A stretch of DNA of 63,624 nt, filler included, from Craspedostauros australis (Eukaryota): the NCBI GenBank assembly GCA_030167865.1. It is 13 parts of 13 records of this genome, joined end to end, with 100 filler letters (N's around TTAATTAATTAA, not from the genome) between each part and the next. Parts side by side here need not be neighbours in the genome. Positions count along the whole stretch, not along the records: positions 13,192 to 14,965 come from JALAGF010000080.1; positions 15,066 to 16,179 come from JALAGF010000081.1; positions 16,280 to 17,858 come from JALAGF010000082.1; positions 17,959 to 26,456 come from JALAGF010000083.1; 9 more parts are not named here. The stretch is one strand, 5' to 3'. Under the pieces are notes generated by a model. It was not told the origin of the DNA and ran no database searches. It saw only the letters and a program-made list of their open reading frames with translations. Below are positions 13,192 through 24,200 of this stretch, in pieces (within the stretch, counting starts at the first letter, position 1; every line of letters begins with the position of its first letter). Made by a program: the position numbers and the translations under genes.

Positions 13192-14965
13192 ATTCTTCTC
13201 CACGGTCCCATCCATTTGACACCACAAGTGCTTCCAGCTCTTTGCACACGGCGAATCCAAATTCATCTGGGCAAAGCCGCTCCGACGAGAGGCGATGGCG
13301 CCAAGGGCGCTCACCGATTTCATTGTGCAGGTCAGGGCACCTGACCTACTCTTCTTGGACTACTCACAGGTCCAAGCCGTCAAAGAATGGAAGGCTGTGG
13401 CGATGCGGTACATGATCGAGCACTCCTTCACTGCTCCCATGAATCAGAATCAGAACCGAGCGGAGCGGCCGATCGGCGACATCAAGCGACATGCATACAA
13501 ATTGCTTTGGGCGGAGTCCGTGCCACTCACCTTCTGGTGCTACACGGTACAACACGCCATCGATGTATGGAACTACATGGCAAACGAGAGCATTCAATGG
13601 AAGAATTCCATTGAACTGCTCCACAGGAACACTCTGGACATCTCCATGTTCAGGTTCACGTTCTTTCAACAGGTCTGGTATTTCGTGCCAATGACCAAGT
13701 TTCCACATCACCCATTTAAACCAGGATACTTCTTGGGAATCGCTTGGGACCACAGAGACCCTTTCACATACAACATATGGTTGCCAAGGGGCGACGACGA
13801 AACCAATGGCACTGCCCTGGTACAGAACATTGTGGAACCACGAATCGTGGAAGACGCAAGCGCTCCGCAAATCACTGACAAGGAAGTTCAGCGCTTCACA
13901 CGCTTCGATCTCATACACACTACTACCAGAGGCAACTTGGGGCCATGAGCACGCACCAAGACGATGCCGGCACAGCTCGCTCGACAGGTCCGTGAGGCCA
14001 TTGACGCGAGTACTGTGCGGTTGGGGGCGGCTGCTCGCATTCCTGAGGAGGAACCACTGGAGGTCAGGGGCGTCGTGGTCAACGACAATGCTATTCCGCA
14101 TGACAACTGATGGTTCGGTCAGCAGAACGTCATCATTGACGACAACGACAACCGCAACAGCGGGCCTACGAGCATGATATCCGACGGCAAAAGGGAAGAC
14201 AAGCTCTCAACTGCGGACATCTCAAGAGAATCTGATAACTATGAAGCAGTGAGGATTCCAGATCCTCCCCAGCAGCGGATTCAGGGGCGTATCGACACTC
14301 TGGCTGAGCGCGAGCATGATGAGATGTTCCAAATCAGATCACGAAAGACAACAAGAACGAACCAGCAATTACATCCATTGCAGGCCACTCATTCCAAGAC
14401 TGACATCTCCATCTCAATGTGAAATGGGACAACAATGAAACTCAATGGTTCCGATACAACATCCTGAGGGCAGACCATCCCGAGCTCGTGGCGCGATACA
14501 TCATCGCCAACGAGCCAAAACGGCACGACAGGCACAATCGACAGGCACAATCGACAGTCAACAACAATACTAAAACGGGCAAAGCACGCTGTTCGCGCGA
14601 TACACAGACGCNTGCGACGAATCGAGCGCACGCACATCTTCACAGTTGACAACAACGACAGCATCGCCATCCTGAGGCGCATACGACCAGGAAAGAAGAA
14701 GCCAAACAAGGACTTATTCGCTACAGTATTCCAATACGGTGTAGAAGTGCCATGCAACATGCGACACACACTCCAACGTGACGAAGCCAATGGCAACACA
14801 TTGTGGAAGCACGCAGCAAAGAAAGAGATCGACGCTCTGATCGACCTCAATTGCTTTGAATTCCATCCATCCACTCACCGACCTTTATCGTACTACCAGA
14901 GCACCAAGCTCTGGCTCATCTTCGTTGTGAAACAGGATCTGTGGCGCAAGGGGCGGCTGGTAGCC
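13192..14965 (+). mobile_element. Decayed Ty1/copia pol fragment, integrase core to start of RT, variant 2
   Basis: Near-identical to 11845..13091 (offset 1347), with a premature TGA at 13946. Extends to FQYGVEVP...NGNTLWKHAAKKEIDAL...VKQDLWRKGRLVA (copia RT N-terminus). Confidence 0.88.
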
Positions 14966-15065
14966 NNNNNNNNNNNNNNNNNNNNNNNNNNNNNNNNNNN
15001 NNNNNNNNNTTAATTAATTAANNNNNNNNNNNNNNNNNNNNNNNNNNNNNNNNNNNNNNNNNNNN

Positions 15066-16179
15066 GTCGCTTGATGTCGCCGATCGGCCGCTCCGCTCGG
15101 TTCTGATTCTGATTCATGGGAGCAGTGAAGGAGTGCTCGATCATGTACCGCATCGCCACAGCCTTCCATTCTTTGACGGCTTGGACCTGTGAGTAGTCCA
15201 AGAAGAGTAGGTCAGGTGCCCTGACCTGCACAATGAAATCGGTGAGCGCCCTTGGCGCCATCGCCTCTCGTCGGAGCGGCTTTGCCCAGATGAATTTGGA
15301 TTCGCCGTGTGCAAAGAGCTGGAAGCACTTGTGGTGTCAAATGGATGGGACCGTGGAGAAGAATGGATCAGTTTCCACTCTTCCCTTGATTCGGTGTGGC
15401 TGTAGCGCGCCCGCTTGCTGCGCACAGTACTGCCTTGGGATGAGTCTTGACTCCGCCTCGATGGGAGTATCGGCCAGCTGCGTTGATGCTGCTTTCGTTT
15501 TCTCGACCACCTGTTGTGGGAGATGCCGGAAGACCTCGTTGAAGTCACCACTGGTGTGGGATCTCCGAAGGCGTCTGTGTCTGTCGCATTTAGTAATATT
15601 CTTAGTTTGAGTTAGCTTGCAAGCTGTCGGTTTACGAATTGGGATGCACAGGGTATTGCTGTTGTGATTGGCCAGCAGGATGCTGATGTCGCCAGAGGTT
15701 ATCCGTTGCTGCCCATCGTGTTGTCGAAGCCAATCGCAGACGCTGATGTCGGACGTGCGCATATGGTGTGTATTGAACAGCGATTCCATCTGCCATGGAT
15801 GCTTGTCGAGAGCCACATAATGTGCCTTGATGAGGATCACTCCGCCTTCTGGCGGCTTGTACGCTGCCACCACGTCAACCATTGGAAACATCTCGATCTG
15901 CAAGTCCACTGTCGCCCCTCGGGGTGGAACTGCTGCTGGTGATTTTGGGCTACCACCCATCCAGACTCATGAACAATGTCACTGTCCGTGCCTGAGTCTA
16001 GAATGATATAGCCATGGCTACTATTCGTTACTCTTGCCCGTCGAATTGTGTGCTCTATATGCGAGTCAGCGCTTCTTGGACGCGAATCTCGTAGTGTATC
16101 CGGGGTTGTATGCCCTGGCCCGCTCTCCGCGGCTTCGTGCATCAAGTCCACACTGTCTTGGTCCTTGATGCATGTGATG
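15066..16179 (-). mobile_element. Decayed Ty1/copia fragment, protease to integrase N-part, upstream continuation of the two previous contigs
   Basis: 15066..15364 is the reverse complement of 11845..12143. Contains IILDSGTD (aspartic protease) and RIKGRVETDPFFS (first integrase Asp), with stops and frameshifts. Confidence 0.85.
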
Positions 16180-16279
16180 NNNNNNNNNNNNNNNNNNNNN
16201 NNNNNNNNNNNNNNNNNNNNNNNTTAATTAATTAANNNNNNNNNNNNNNNNNNNNNNNNNNNNNNNNNNNNNNNNNNNN

Positions 16280-17858
16280 AGACATTCTATGTTGGTATCG
16301 CCCACTTTCGACACCAAGGATGTTCTTCGAGACGTCCACGAAAGGTCGTTCTGGACGCGTCGAATTCACAGAGAAAAGGCAACACCGTATTGGTCTATTC
16401 CTCAGAGAGTGGCAGTGGTAAGACAGTTGACCTCGCCGGAAGCGCGTTTTTGCGAGGTTGCGCCATCAGCATGGTTGGCTCCGTTTCAAAAGAGGACAAC
16501 TTACCCAAGACACTGACAGAGGAAGAACGAAGAGCACAGTGCATTGAAACACTCAAGAAGCGTTTCGACGCACTCGCAGAATACAATAAAGAAGCCTTCG
16601 AGACCATTCTCCAGGCAATCAACGACTGGGTGGAACCAAACGACAATCCTACGGCAGATATCAGGATCGTCTTCTGCATCGATGAAGCGTCTTCCTGCCT
16701 CAACTTGGTGCAGACGATCATCAACGAAAAGGATCTGCTTTACAAAACCATGGGGGATCACATCGCAAGTGGATTTGGCGGCGTGCTAGACGAGAAGTTC
16801 AAAACGGACCGACCCATCCGTGTTGTGTTCTCTGTCGCCGGCACAGGTGCGTATGGGGGCACAATTGGATCCAAACAAGCACACTACAAGTGCCTCAAAC
16901 CCAGCGGCAACACAGTCACCAGCGAGCTGTACGAGACACTCAGATCTGAGTATAAGGAGAGCAGTGCTGGATACAAGAACATCGCGACATTCGAGGATCT
17001 GAAGACGCGGACATTCCTGGGAATCATCGCCCAGGGCAATGCACGGATGGTTTCTATCTTGATCGGTGATATGTTTCATTTACCGCTCCGGTACAACGAT
17101 CCAGATGATGAGATCCGACTGATGTATTCGGTTTTCGAGGGGTTCATCAATTCGAATGGAATGGACTCGCTGTGGAGCTACCATAAAGGAATACAAGATG
17201 ATGAACTCCGCATACTTGGTATCTATGCAGCAAAGGACCGGATGGCTGCAATATCGCAAGCCTTTGCGGTGCTTCTCTATCCAGAGCCCTTCGAATTACC
17301 CGCCAATGACACGACGGCACAAGCGAAGGCAATGACGCTCAGCTACGGCCCTTCATTCTATGACTTCTACAGTGCGTTCCATGAGACCACTGCAGTTGTT
17401 CCTGCCGAGGGCAATCGCTGGCTAACGAATATACAGCGTCTCGTTCGCAAGTACGGGATCGTGCTACAGGCAGAGTTTACGGGCAAGTGGACCCAAACAC
17501 AAACACTATCACAACCGTTCATCATGAAGGACGTGATGCGGCTGCTGTGCATCTGGCTTGCGAACAGTGGACCATGGACGAAGGACACTGATGCGTTGTT
17601 GGGAGCCCATTCATTTGGGTTCGAGGTGATGTCAACCCAGCTTGCGAGGTGTGCCATTTCAGCAGCCATGACCATCGAGGAGAAGAAACGCAAAGACGTG
17701 CACCACATCTTGACAAAGAGCCTCAAGATGTTCCTGAGAGGTTACACCAACGATGGCGACGACACAGCCGAACATGTTGACAAGGAGATCAAAGAGGCGT
17801 GGGAGGCGTTCAAAGACGTGATTCCTGTCTCAACCGAATGCGATCTCGCCTTGGATGG
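16280..17858 (+). CDS. P-loop NTPase-containing protein, internal fragment (open at both contig ends)
   Basis: One frame is open across the whole contig. Walker A-like VLVYSSESGSGKT, Walker B VFCIDEA, a strand ending VAGTG, and GNARM. Confidence 0.7.
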
Positions 17859-17958
17859 NNNNNNNNNNNNNNNNNNNNNNNNNNNNNNNNNNNNNNNNNN
17901 NNTTAATTAATTAANNNNNNNNNNNNNNNNNNNNNNNNNNNNNNNNNNNNNNNNNNNN

Positions 17959-18152
17959 AGTTCCCACATGCGTTGGTTGGCTTAGACGGACCGTAGCATG
18001 GGAATCGGGAACGATTCGTGACTGAAAAGAGGGGAGGGCAAGAAAGGTCTGTCCATTGTCGGGCTTGGGCAATTTACGCGCCAAAAGTAGTTTCAAGCGA
18101 CGACACGGGATACCCTAACAAGGAAAGTAGTCGGTTCTTAGTTGAACTTCAA
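17959..18152 (-). repeat. 3' LTR (first ~194 bp; remainder collapsed)
   Basis: Starts right after the polypurine tract and shares the 58-bp terminal overlap with the other contig end. Confidence 0.8.
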
Positions 18153-18163
18153 CTCTCCCTCTC
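18153..18163 (-). other. Polypurine tract (GAGAGGGAGAG)
   Basis: Purine run ~60 nt after the pol stop codon, immediately before the LTR. Confidence 0.85.
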
Positions 18164-18224
18164 AGTGTTGTGTCGTGACAAGACGTAGATTTCGAAGAAA
18201 ACTCCATCCTTGGTATTGCTGGTT

Positions 18225-21200
18225 TTACCAGCCCATAATCTGCTTGCGCAGATACTCGAAGAGAACGACCGCCAGCCCCTTTGTGAAGATGTCGGCGGGT
18301 TGTTCGGTTGTGGCGATGTGTGTGATGCAAATGAACCCTGCCTTGACCCAGTACCAGAAGAAGTGCCACTTGGTCAGGAAGTGCTTAGTGCGTGCCGTAG
18401 GTTGATGGTTGGTGGCGAGCACGATGCATCCCTGGTTGTCTTCGAACACTGTACATTGGAGCTGCGTGTGCAGCGGCATGCTTGTGCCGGCGTTGTCGAT
18501 GACTTGGCGAATGAGCTGCTGGATGGGGATGAGTGCGCGCATGGCCAGGGACAGGGCCGCGTATTCCGCTTCCATGGTAGAGAGAGCGATTTCTGTCTGG
18601 AGCTTGGACTTCCAGACTAGCGGGCACCCACCCAATGTAATGAGATATCCGGTGCGGGAAGTGACGGAAGTTGCGCTCGTGTCGTCTTCGCGCTTGTAGA
18701 GTCCAGCGAAGTCGGCGTCCACGAAGCACTTGAGGTCGAGCTTGCCCGTAGGATTGACGATCGTACCCATGCTCTCGGTGCTCTTGAGATAGCGCATGAT
18801 TCGCTTGATCGCTTTTCCGTGGGAGCGGCGCGGGTCGTGGCCGAAGCGGGCAACTTGAGAGACGGCGAAGGCGAGGTCAGGGCGCGTGTTCGTTGTCAAG
18901 TAGAGCAACATGCCGACGACGGAGCGATAATTCCACTTCTCGTCGAAGAGTGGTCCGCCTGCGTCCTTTCCGAGCGGAATCTGTGTCGTTGGCACGGGGC
19001 ATGGGCTGCAGTTGGTCATTCTTGTGGCAGTGAGCACCTTCTGAATGAGTCCTGGCTGGCGGAGATGGATGCAGTCCGACTTGGGGTCCCTGAGTAGCTC
19101 AATTCCGAGGAACTCCGTAAAGCTGCCTTCCCGAGTGAGCTCGAACCCACGTTTGCGCATCGACACGATGAACTCGTCTGCCACCTTTTGCGTTTTGGAC
19201 GCGATGCCGGCGTCGTCGACGTAGAGAACAATCATGATTTCCGGTTTGATGAACAGACATTGTTCCTGATCGCATGCCTTAAATCCTTCGCCGAGGAGCG
19301 CCTTGATGAGGTGGTCATACCAGAGGCGGGGAGCAATAGTCAAACCGTACAAGCTTTTGTTGAGCTTGAGGCACGTGTTGGCGCCCTTGCTGGATTTGAA
19401 TCCGCACGGGAGACAGAGGTAGACAGGCTTGTGGATCTTGGCCTGGACGAAGGCGTTGGTGAAGTCGATCGAGGTCGTGGGCCAGCCCATGACGATGGCG
19501 GTGCTCAGGAAGATGCGGACGGACGACCATGCCACGACGGGAGCGTAAGTGGAGGCGTCCTCTTTCATGAGGTCGCCTCGACAGCACCAGCGGCCCTTGT
19601 ATTTCTTGATGGTTCCATCTGGGAGGCGCTTACAACGGAAGACCCACGTTCCGGGGTAGACTGGGTCAAAGACGCGGGTTCTGTCCACTTCTTCCCAGGT
19701 GCCCTTTTCGGTGAGCTCCTTGATCTCCTTGCTTGCGGCTTGCATCCACTCTTCTTTGTTGTTGTCCTTGAGTGCTTCATCAAAGGAGAGAGTGTCTGGA
19801 TCATTGGTCGATGCTTTGTAAGCTGTTGAGCGTTCAGTAATGTCGAAGTCGCCGCCTGTGACAAAGTAGCTCATCATGTGGCCGTCCACGTAGATAGGAT
19901 AGTTGGTCGTGTCGGAACTTGGTTCGACGAGTGATGTAGCGTAGGCGTGTTGCTCGATGTTGGCCCAGTCGGTTGACGGGATGATGCTGTTGGTGTCGAG
20001 GATCGTCGTTGGGTCGACGCGCAGAAGAGAACGGGGTGATGTTTCGTTGTTCGAATTTCGTGTCTTGGGCTCTGTCAACAGAGGTTTCGCGTTGAAAGGC
20101 CACAATTCAAGAGCAAATTCGTCCACATCACGTTCATTCGGCAACGGCCATGGTCCAGGGCGCAGAGTGGTGATCTGGCGTCGGAACAGTTCGTACATCA
20201 GGCGAGCACGAGGGTGATGACCAATCTCAGTCCACACCGACTGTGCTCGCTTGCCCAAAGTGCTGGCGTTAGTGTTGCTCTTTGGTGGGAGCAGACCTGC
20301 ACGTAGCGAAGCCTCGATATCGTCTTTGTGCCATCCGCCCCTCTTTGCGTGTCGCAGAAAGTCCAGGGCGTCGAAGTCAGGGCTTGTGGCGCCAGTGCGG
20401 ATGAATTCGCTCAGCTTGTTGATGAGCTTCTCTACTGCGTAGTTGGTCAGTAGAGTTCTATTGCTCTCGCTGCAGATGAGTTGGTTTAGACCTTCGTCGA
20501 AGTACGCCGTCACGTCGCTGTAGAGATCCTCGTATACCTCATCGAAGTCGACGAGGCCTTCGTCGTTCATGGTGTCGGGGTTGGGGACCCACCAGTCGGC
20601 CATGTTGATGTAGGCTTCCGTTTTGCGGTTGTCGTGCTTCGGTTCAAGTGGCGGGAGCGAATGGTTTAGGGCGCGAGGATTCAAAGTTTTGAAACGTAGC
20701 CTCAATCGACGTAGTAGGTAGTGGGCGTCCACCTTGAATTGGTGAAGATCGATGGAGAGAGAGTCGGTGCCTTTTCGTTGGAGGGGTTCAATCGTTTTGA
20801 GACAGTCGAGAATGGCGTGTGAGAATTTCATCAGAGAGGGTGAGTCAGGGTGCATTTGAAGCGCTGTCTCATCATGTTCGTCCTCATGCATACTGGCTAC
20901 TGCTGGGCAGAAGTAGTACTCTTCGGCGTCCTCGTCGTCCAGCCACGCTGCTTTGCCTCCCAAGCGTTGGTAAGTGAAACGCAGGGGTTGCTTGCGCGCT
21001 CGCGTGCTCCGCGGTCTCTGTGCTGGGACTGCTTCATCTGTAACGGGGACTGGAGAGGGTGTTCGCGTGTAGACTGGGGAAGCCGGTTCTTGCTTCACGG
21101 TGATCGGCGGTACCTGTGTGTGTTCCGGTCGTGGGATCCGTGGAGTTGGTTGCTCTGCTGGTTCGATATCTGGCGGGTTCTCTGCGGCTCCCTCAGTTGG

Positions 21201-24200
21201 CTGTACTCGTGGTGCCTCTCCCTCTGAGGCTTGCATCCGAGGGGTCAGAGAGTCGCTGAGGGCGTCAACCATTGGCGGCGTTACCGGGAGCTCTTCTCCT
21301 GGAGGTACCGGAGTCGTTCCCGCTTCTCGCCTTTCGGGTGGTGGTTGGTACACGGCTGGTGGAGTAGTTCCTGGAACAGGAGCGTCGTTGCGTCGCAGGC
21401 GTTCCTGATCGACGGCGTCCGACGCGAAGGTGTCCTCTTGTTCCATGGCTTCCACATCGTCTTCGTCGAATGGGTACTGAAACGTCGTGTCCCCAAACAT
21501 TCGCGTCCATTCATCAGACCGATAGTCGGGCAAGTGTTTGGGGTCCGTTGATATGGTGGCGAACCAGTCATCGAAGACAGCATGAAACTGCGGCGTGATG
21601 GATCCGGTCCGCAACGACAGTACTAGGGGAACCGTGGACGCGTGCTTTGTTGAGAGGCCCATGTTCACGTATTGTTCACCTCTTGGTTCCCAGCGCGGGA
21701 TTTTGCGTCCATCAGCCAGCGCTTTGTTTAGTACATAAACGGGGCTGCCCCACACATGCAGGTTGTGTAGTTGCTTGAGCGGGAGTCGGATGTGGGCGAG
21801 TATATCGTAGGGGGTTAGCCCTGTCGCTGGGTTAGGAACGCGGTTGTAGATGTAAGCCGCGTGTACCACGGCCATCGGCCACAGTTGCGCGTCGAAGATG
21901 TCTGGCCAGTGGATGCTTTGGTGCATCATCATGGTTCGAGCCATTGACACGATAGTTCGGATGCTTCTTTCCGCTATCCCGTTGTGGTGATGCGCCCCTA
22001 CACCGGCGAACCGGTGGACCTGATGGAAGGCCTCAAGGTGTCTTGTGTATTCTGGCGATGTGAATGTAGTTGCGTTGTCCGAGAGGTAGGATCTGACGGG
22101 TACGCCCACATCGCGGCACATGAGCTCGAACTTCTCTTTTGCTTCTAGAGTAGCATGAGTCGTGAGAGCGGCCACCGGTTCCACGTGGATGTAACCTGAA
22201 GCATGGTCTACGAAGATGGCTCCTCCCTTGTGCATGTCGGTTGGGTCACCTTTTCCTCGTCCTGAGAAGAGGCGTCCTGGTGTGCGTCCGACGAAGTGGT
22301 CAACGGATACTTGTTGGCCGGGGAACAAGTGATCAGTGCGTAGGGCTCCTTGTCTGTCACGGACAACATGCTGAGTTATGCCTGGTGATGGGCGTCGGTG
22401 CAGTTTTCCGAACTGACACGCAGCACAGAGGGGGAGGCTCGTCACTTTGGCAGCTGCCGTATGCATCTTCTTTGATGCTTCGGACCCTGTGAGCACACCC
22501 GATCGCAATAGGAACTTCACTCGGCCGAAGGATAAGTGCCCGAGGCGATAATGCCATCGAAGGAGTTCTTTTTGCGGTTCGGATATATTCACGTTGTGTT
22601 CTGATACAGTAGAGACGATTGAGAAGAGTGCTGATGGTAGGTCGTGGATGTTGTCCGAGCCATATCCAGTTGAGGTAGGGAGCTTCGTTGTCTTCTTGTA
22701 GATCGCGATGATTGCGTTTCGGTTGTCGCTTCCCTTGACTCCGCTGAGTTTGCAGGAGGTCTTGTCAAAGGTGATAGTCTCACCGGGGTATTCTTCCAAA
22801 AGACTTGACGTGCTGATTAGCTTGACGCGTGACTGAGGCACGTGGAAGGCGGGTAGTCGTAGCGTACGCGGGCTGCCCGTCACATCCAGAATGTGCCACT
22901 CCACAGTCCCGAGCGCTTTCACTTGGATCTTTTTCAGAAATCCATTGAGAAAAGTCGGTTTTGGAGGAGCGTTTGGAGTGTCACAAAAATCGTTGATGTC
23001 GTTGGTGACAGAGATGGATGCCCCGCTGTCCCACACGAGCTCAAAAGGTTCACTGGGGGACAGATAGCCTTCGGCCTTTCGGGGGGATGCGAAAGCGTGA
23101 CGATTAGTGAAGAAGGAGGCAAGGCCATGGAGAGTCAGGAGATGTTCAAACGAAGTGGAGCACGCAGTAGTTTCGCGTTCACCAGTCGTGAGGTCGAATT
23201 TGGGATAGAGACGCCAAAAATCATGTGAGAGGGGTTGACCTCCAAAAGTGCGATGGTGGTGCCGATCAGTCACGCAAGGCGACCCTCGAGGTGGCGAATA
23301 GTGTCTTTTGCCATAAGTGGGTGGCTTGGTTGACAATTTCGGACCACTTCGGTTGGGACGCCTTGGTTTCGATTTGCGAGTTTTGGTTCGGGTTCGGCGA
23401 ACCCAACGACGCTTGTTTCGTTTTGGCGTTTGGTCGGACATTTCGGTCCGCTCAATCATCACATCATGAAGACTGCGTGTTACAGCTTCATTGAAGCGGG
23501 TTGGACGGACTTGGTGTCGCTTGGCTTCTTCCTTGATCCTCGCCTTTGAGTAGGTCAAATCGTTGGAGCGGAGAGTGTGTGGCCTTCGCGGGACGTTGGT
23601 GTGTAGTAGTACCAGCGTGATGGCTGTGATCATCCAAACGTTTGCCGCTGCGATGTACCATCCATGTACAACCCCCAGCGCGATGACTTGAAGCGTTACG
23701 AAGGACAGGATTACGCCAATGGTTCCACTGAGGTAGTTGAAGGAGGTGAAGAGGTTCCACACTAGAGACCACCAGGTGTCTTTGTCCTGGCTGGCTGCGG
23801 CGGTGAAGCACGTCCAAGCTGCCATGTCGATTTCGAGGTTGTCAGTCTTGGGGTTCGCCTTGCCGGTTGCCTTAGGCTTGAAGTTGTCCTGGTGGCTCTC
23901 TGTGTTGTGCGAGAGGCGCCATCGGCGACACTTAGCACACCACATGAAGGTCTTGTCGTTGACGAGCTTGCACTGTGGCTCCCCGGCCTTGGGTGGCGTG
24001 GACGACCACCCACGATTGGAGTTACGGTTGCCGTTGTGTTCTCTGCCTTTTTTGGCTGGTACCTTCGCTCCGTTCTTCTTGGTGAACCCTCTGTGTTGTT
24101 CGAGGACGTTGGCGCTGTGCTTGTTCGTGGCGTTGTTCGCGTACGAAGTTCTAGGAACGCCAGTGTCCCTGACGCGTCGAGTGGCATGCCAGCGGTCCCC

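Noticed and set aside
11845..15364. Tandem duplication plus inverted repeat of an integrase gene
   Set aside because: Three separate contigs share an identical 299-525-bp block, as expected for assembly-graph branches of a repeat family; order and orientation are arbitrary.
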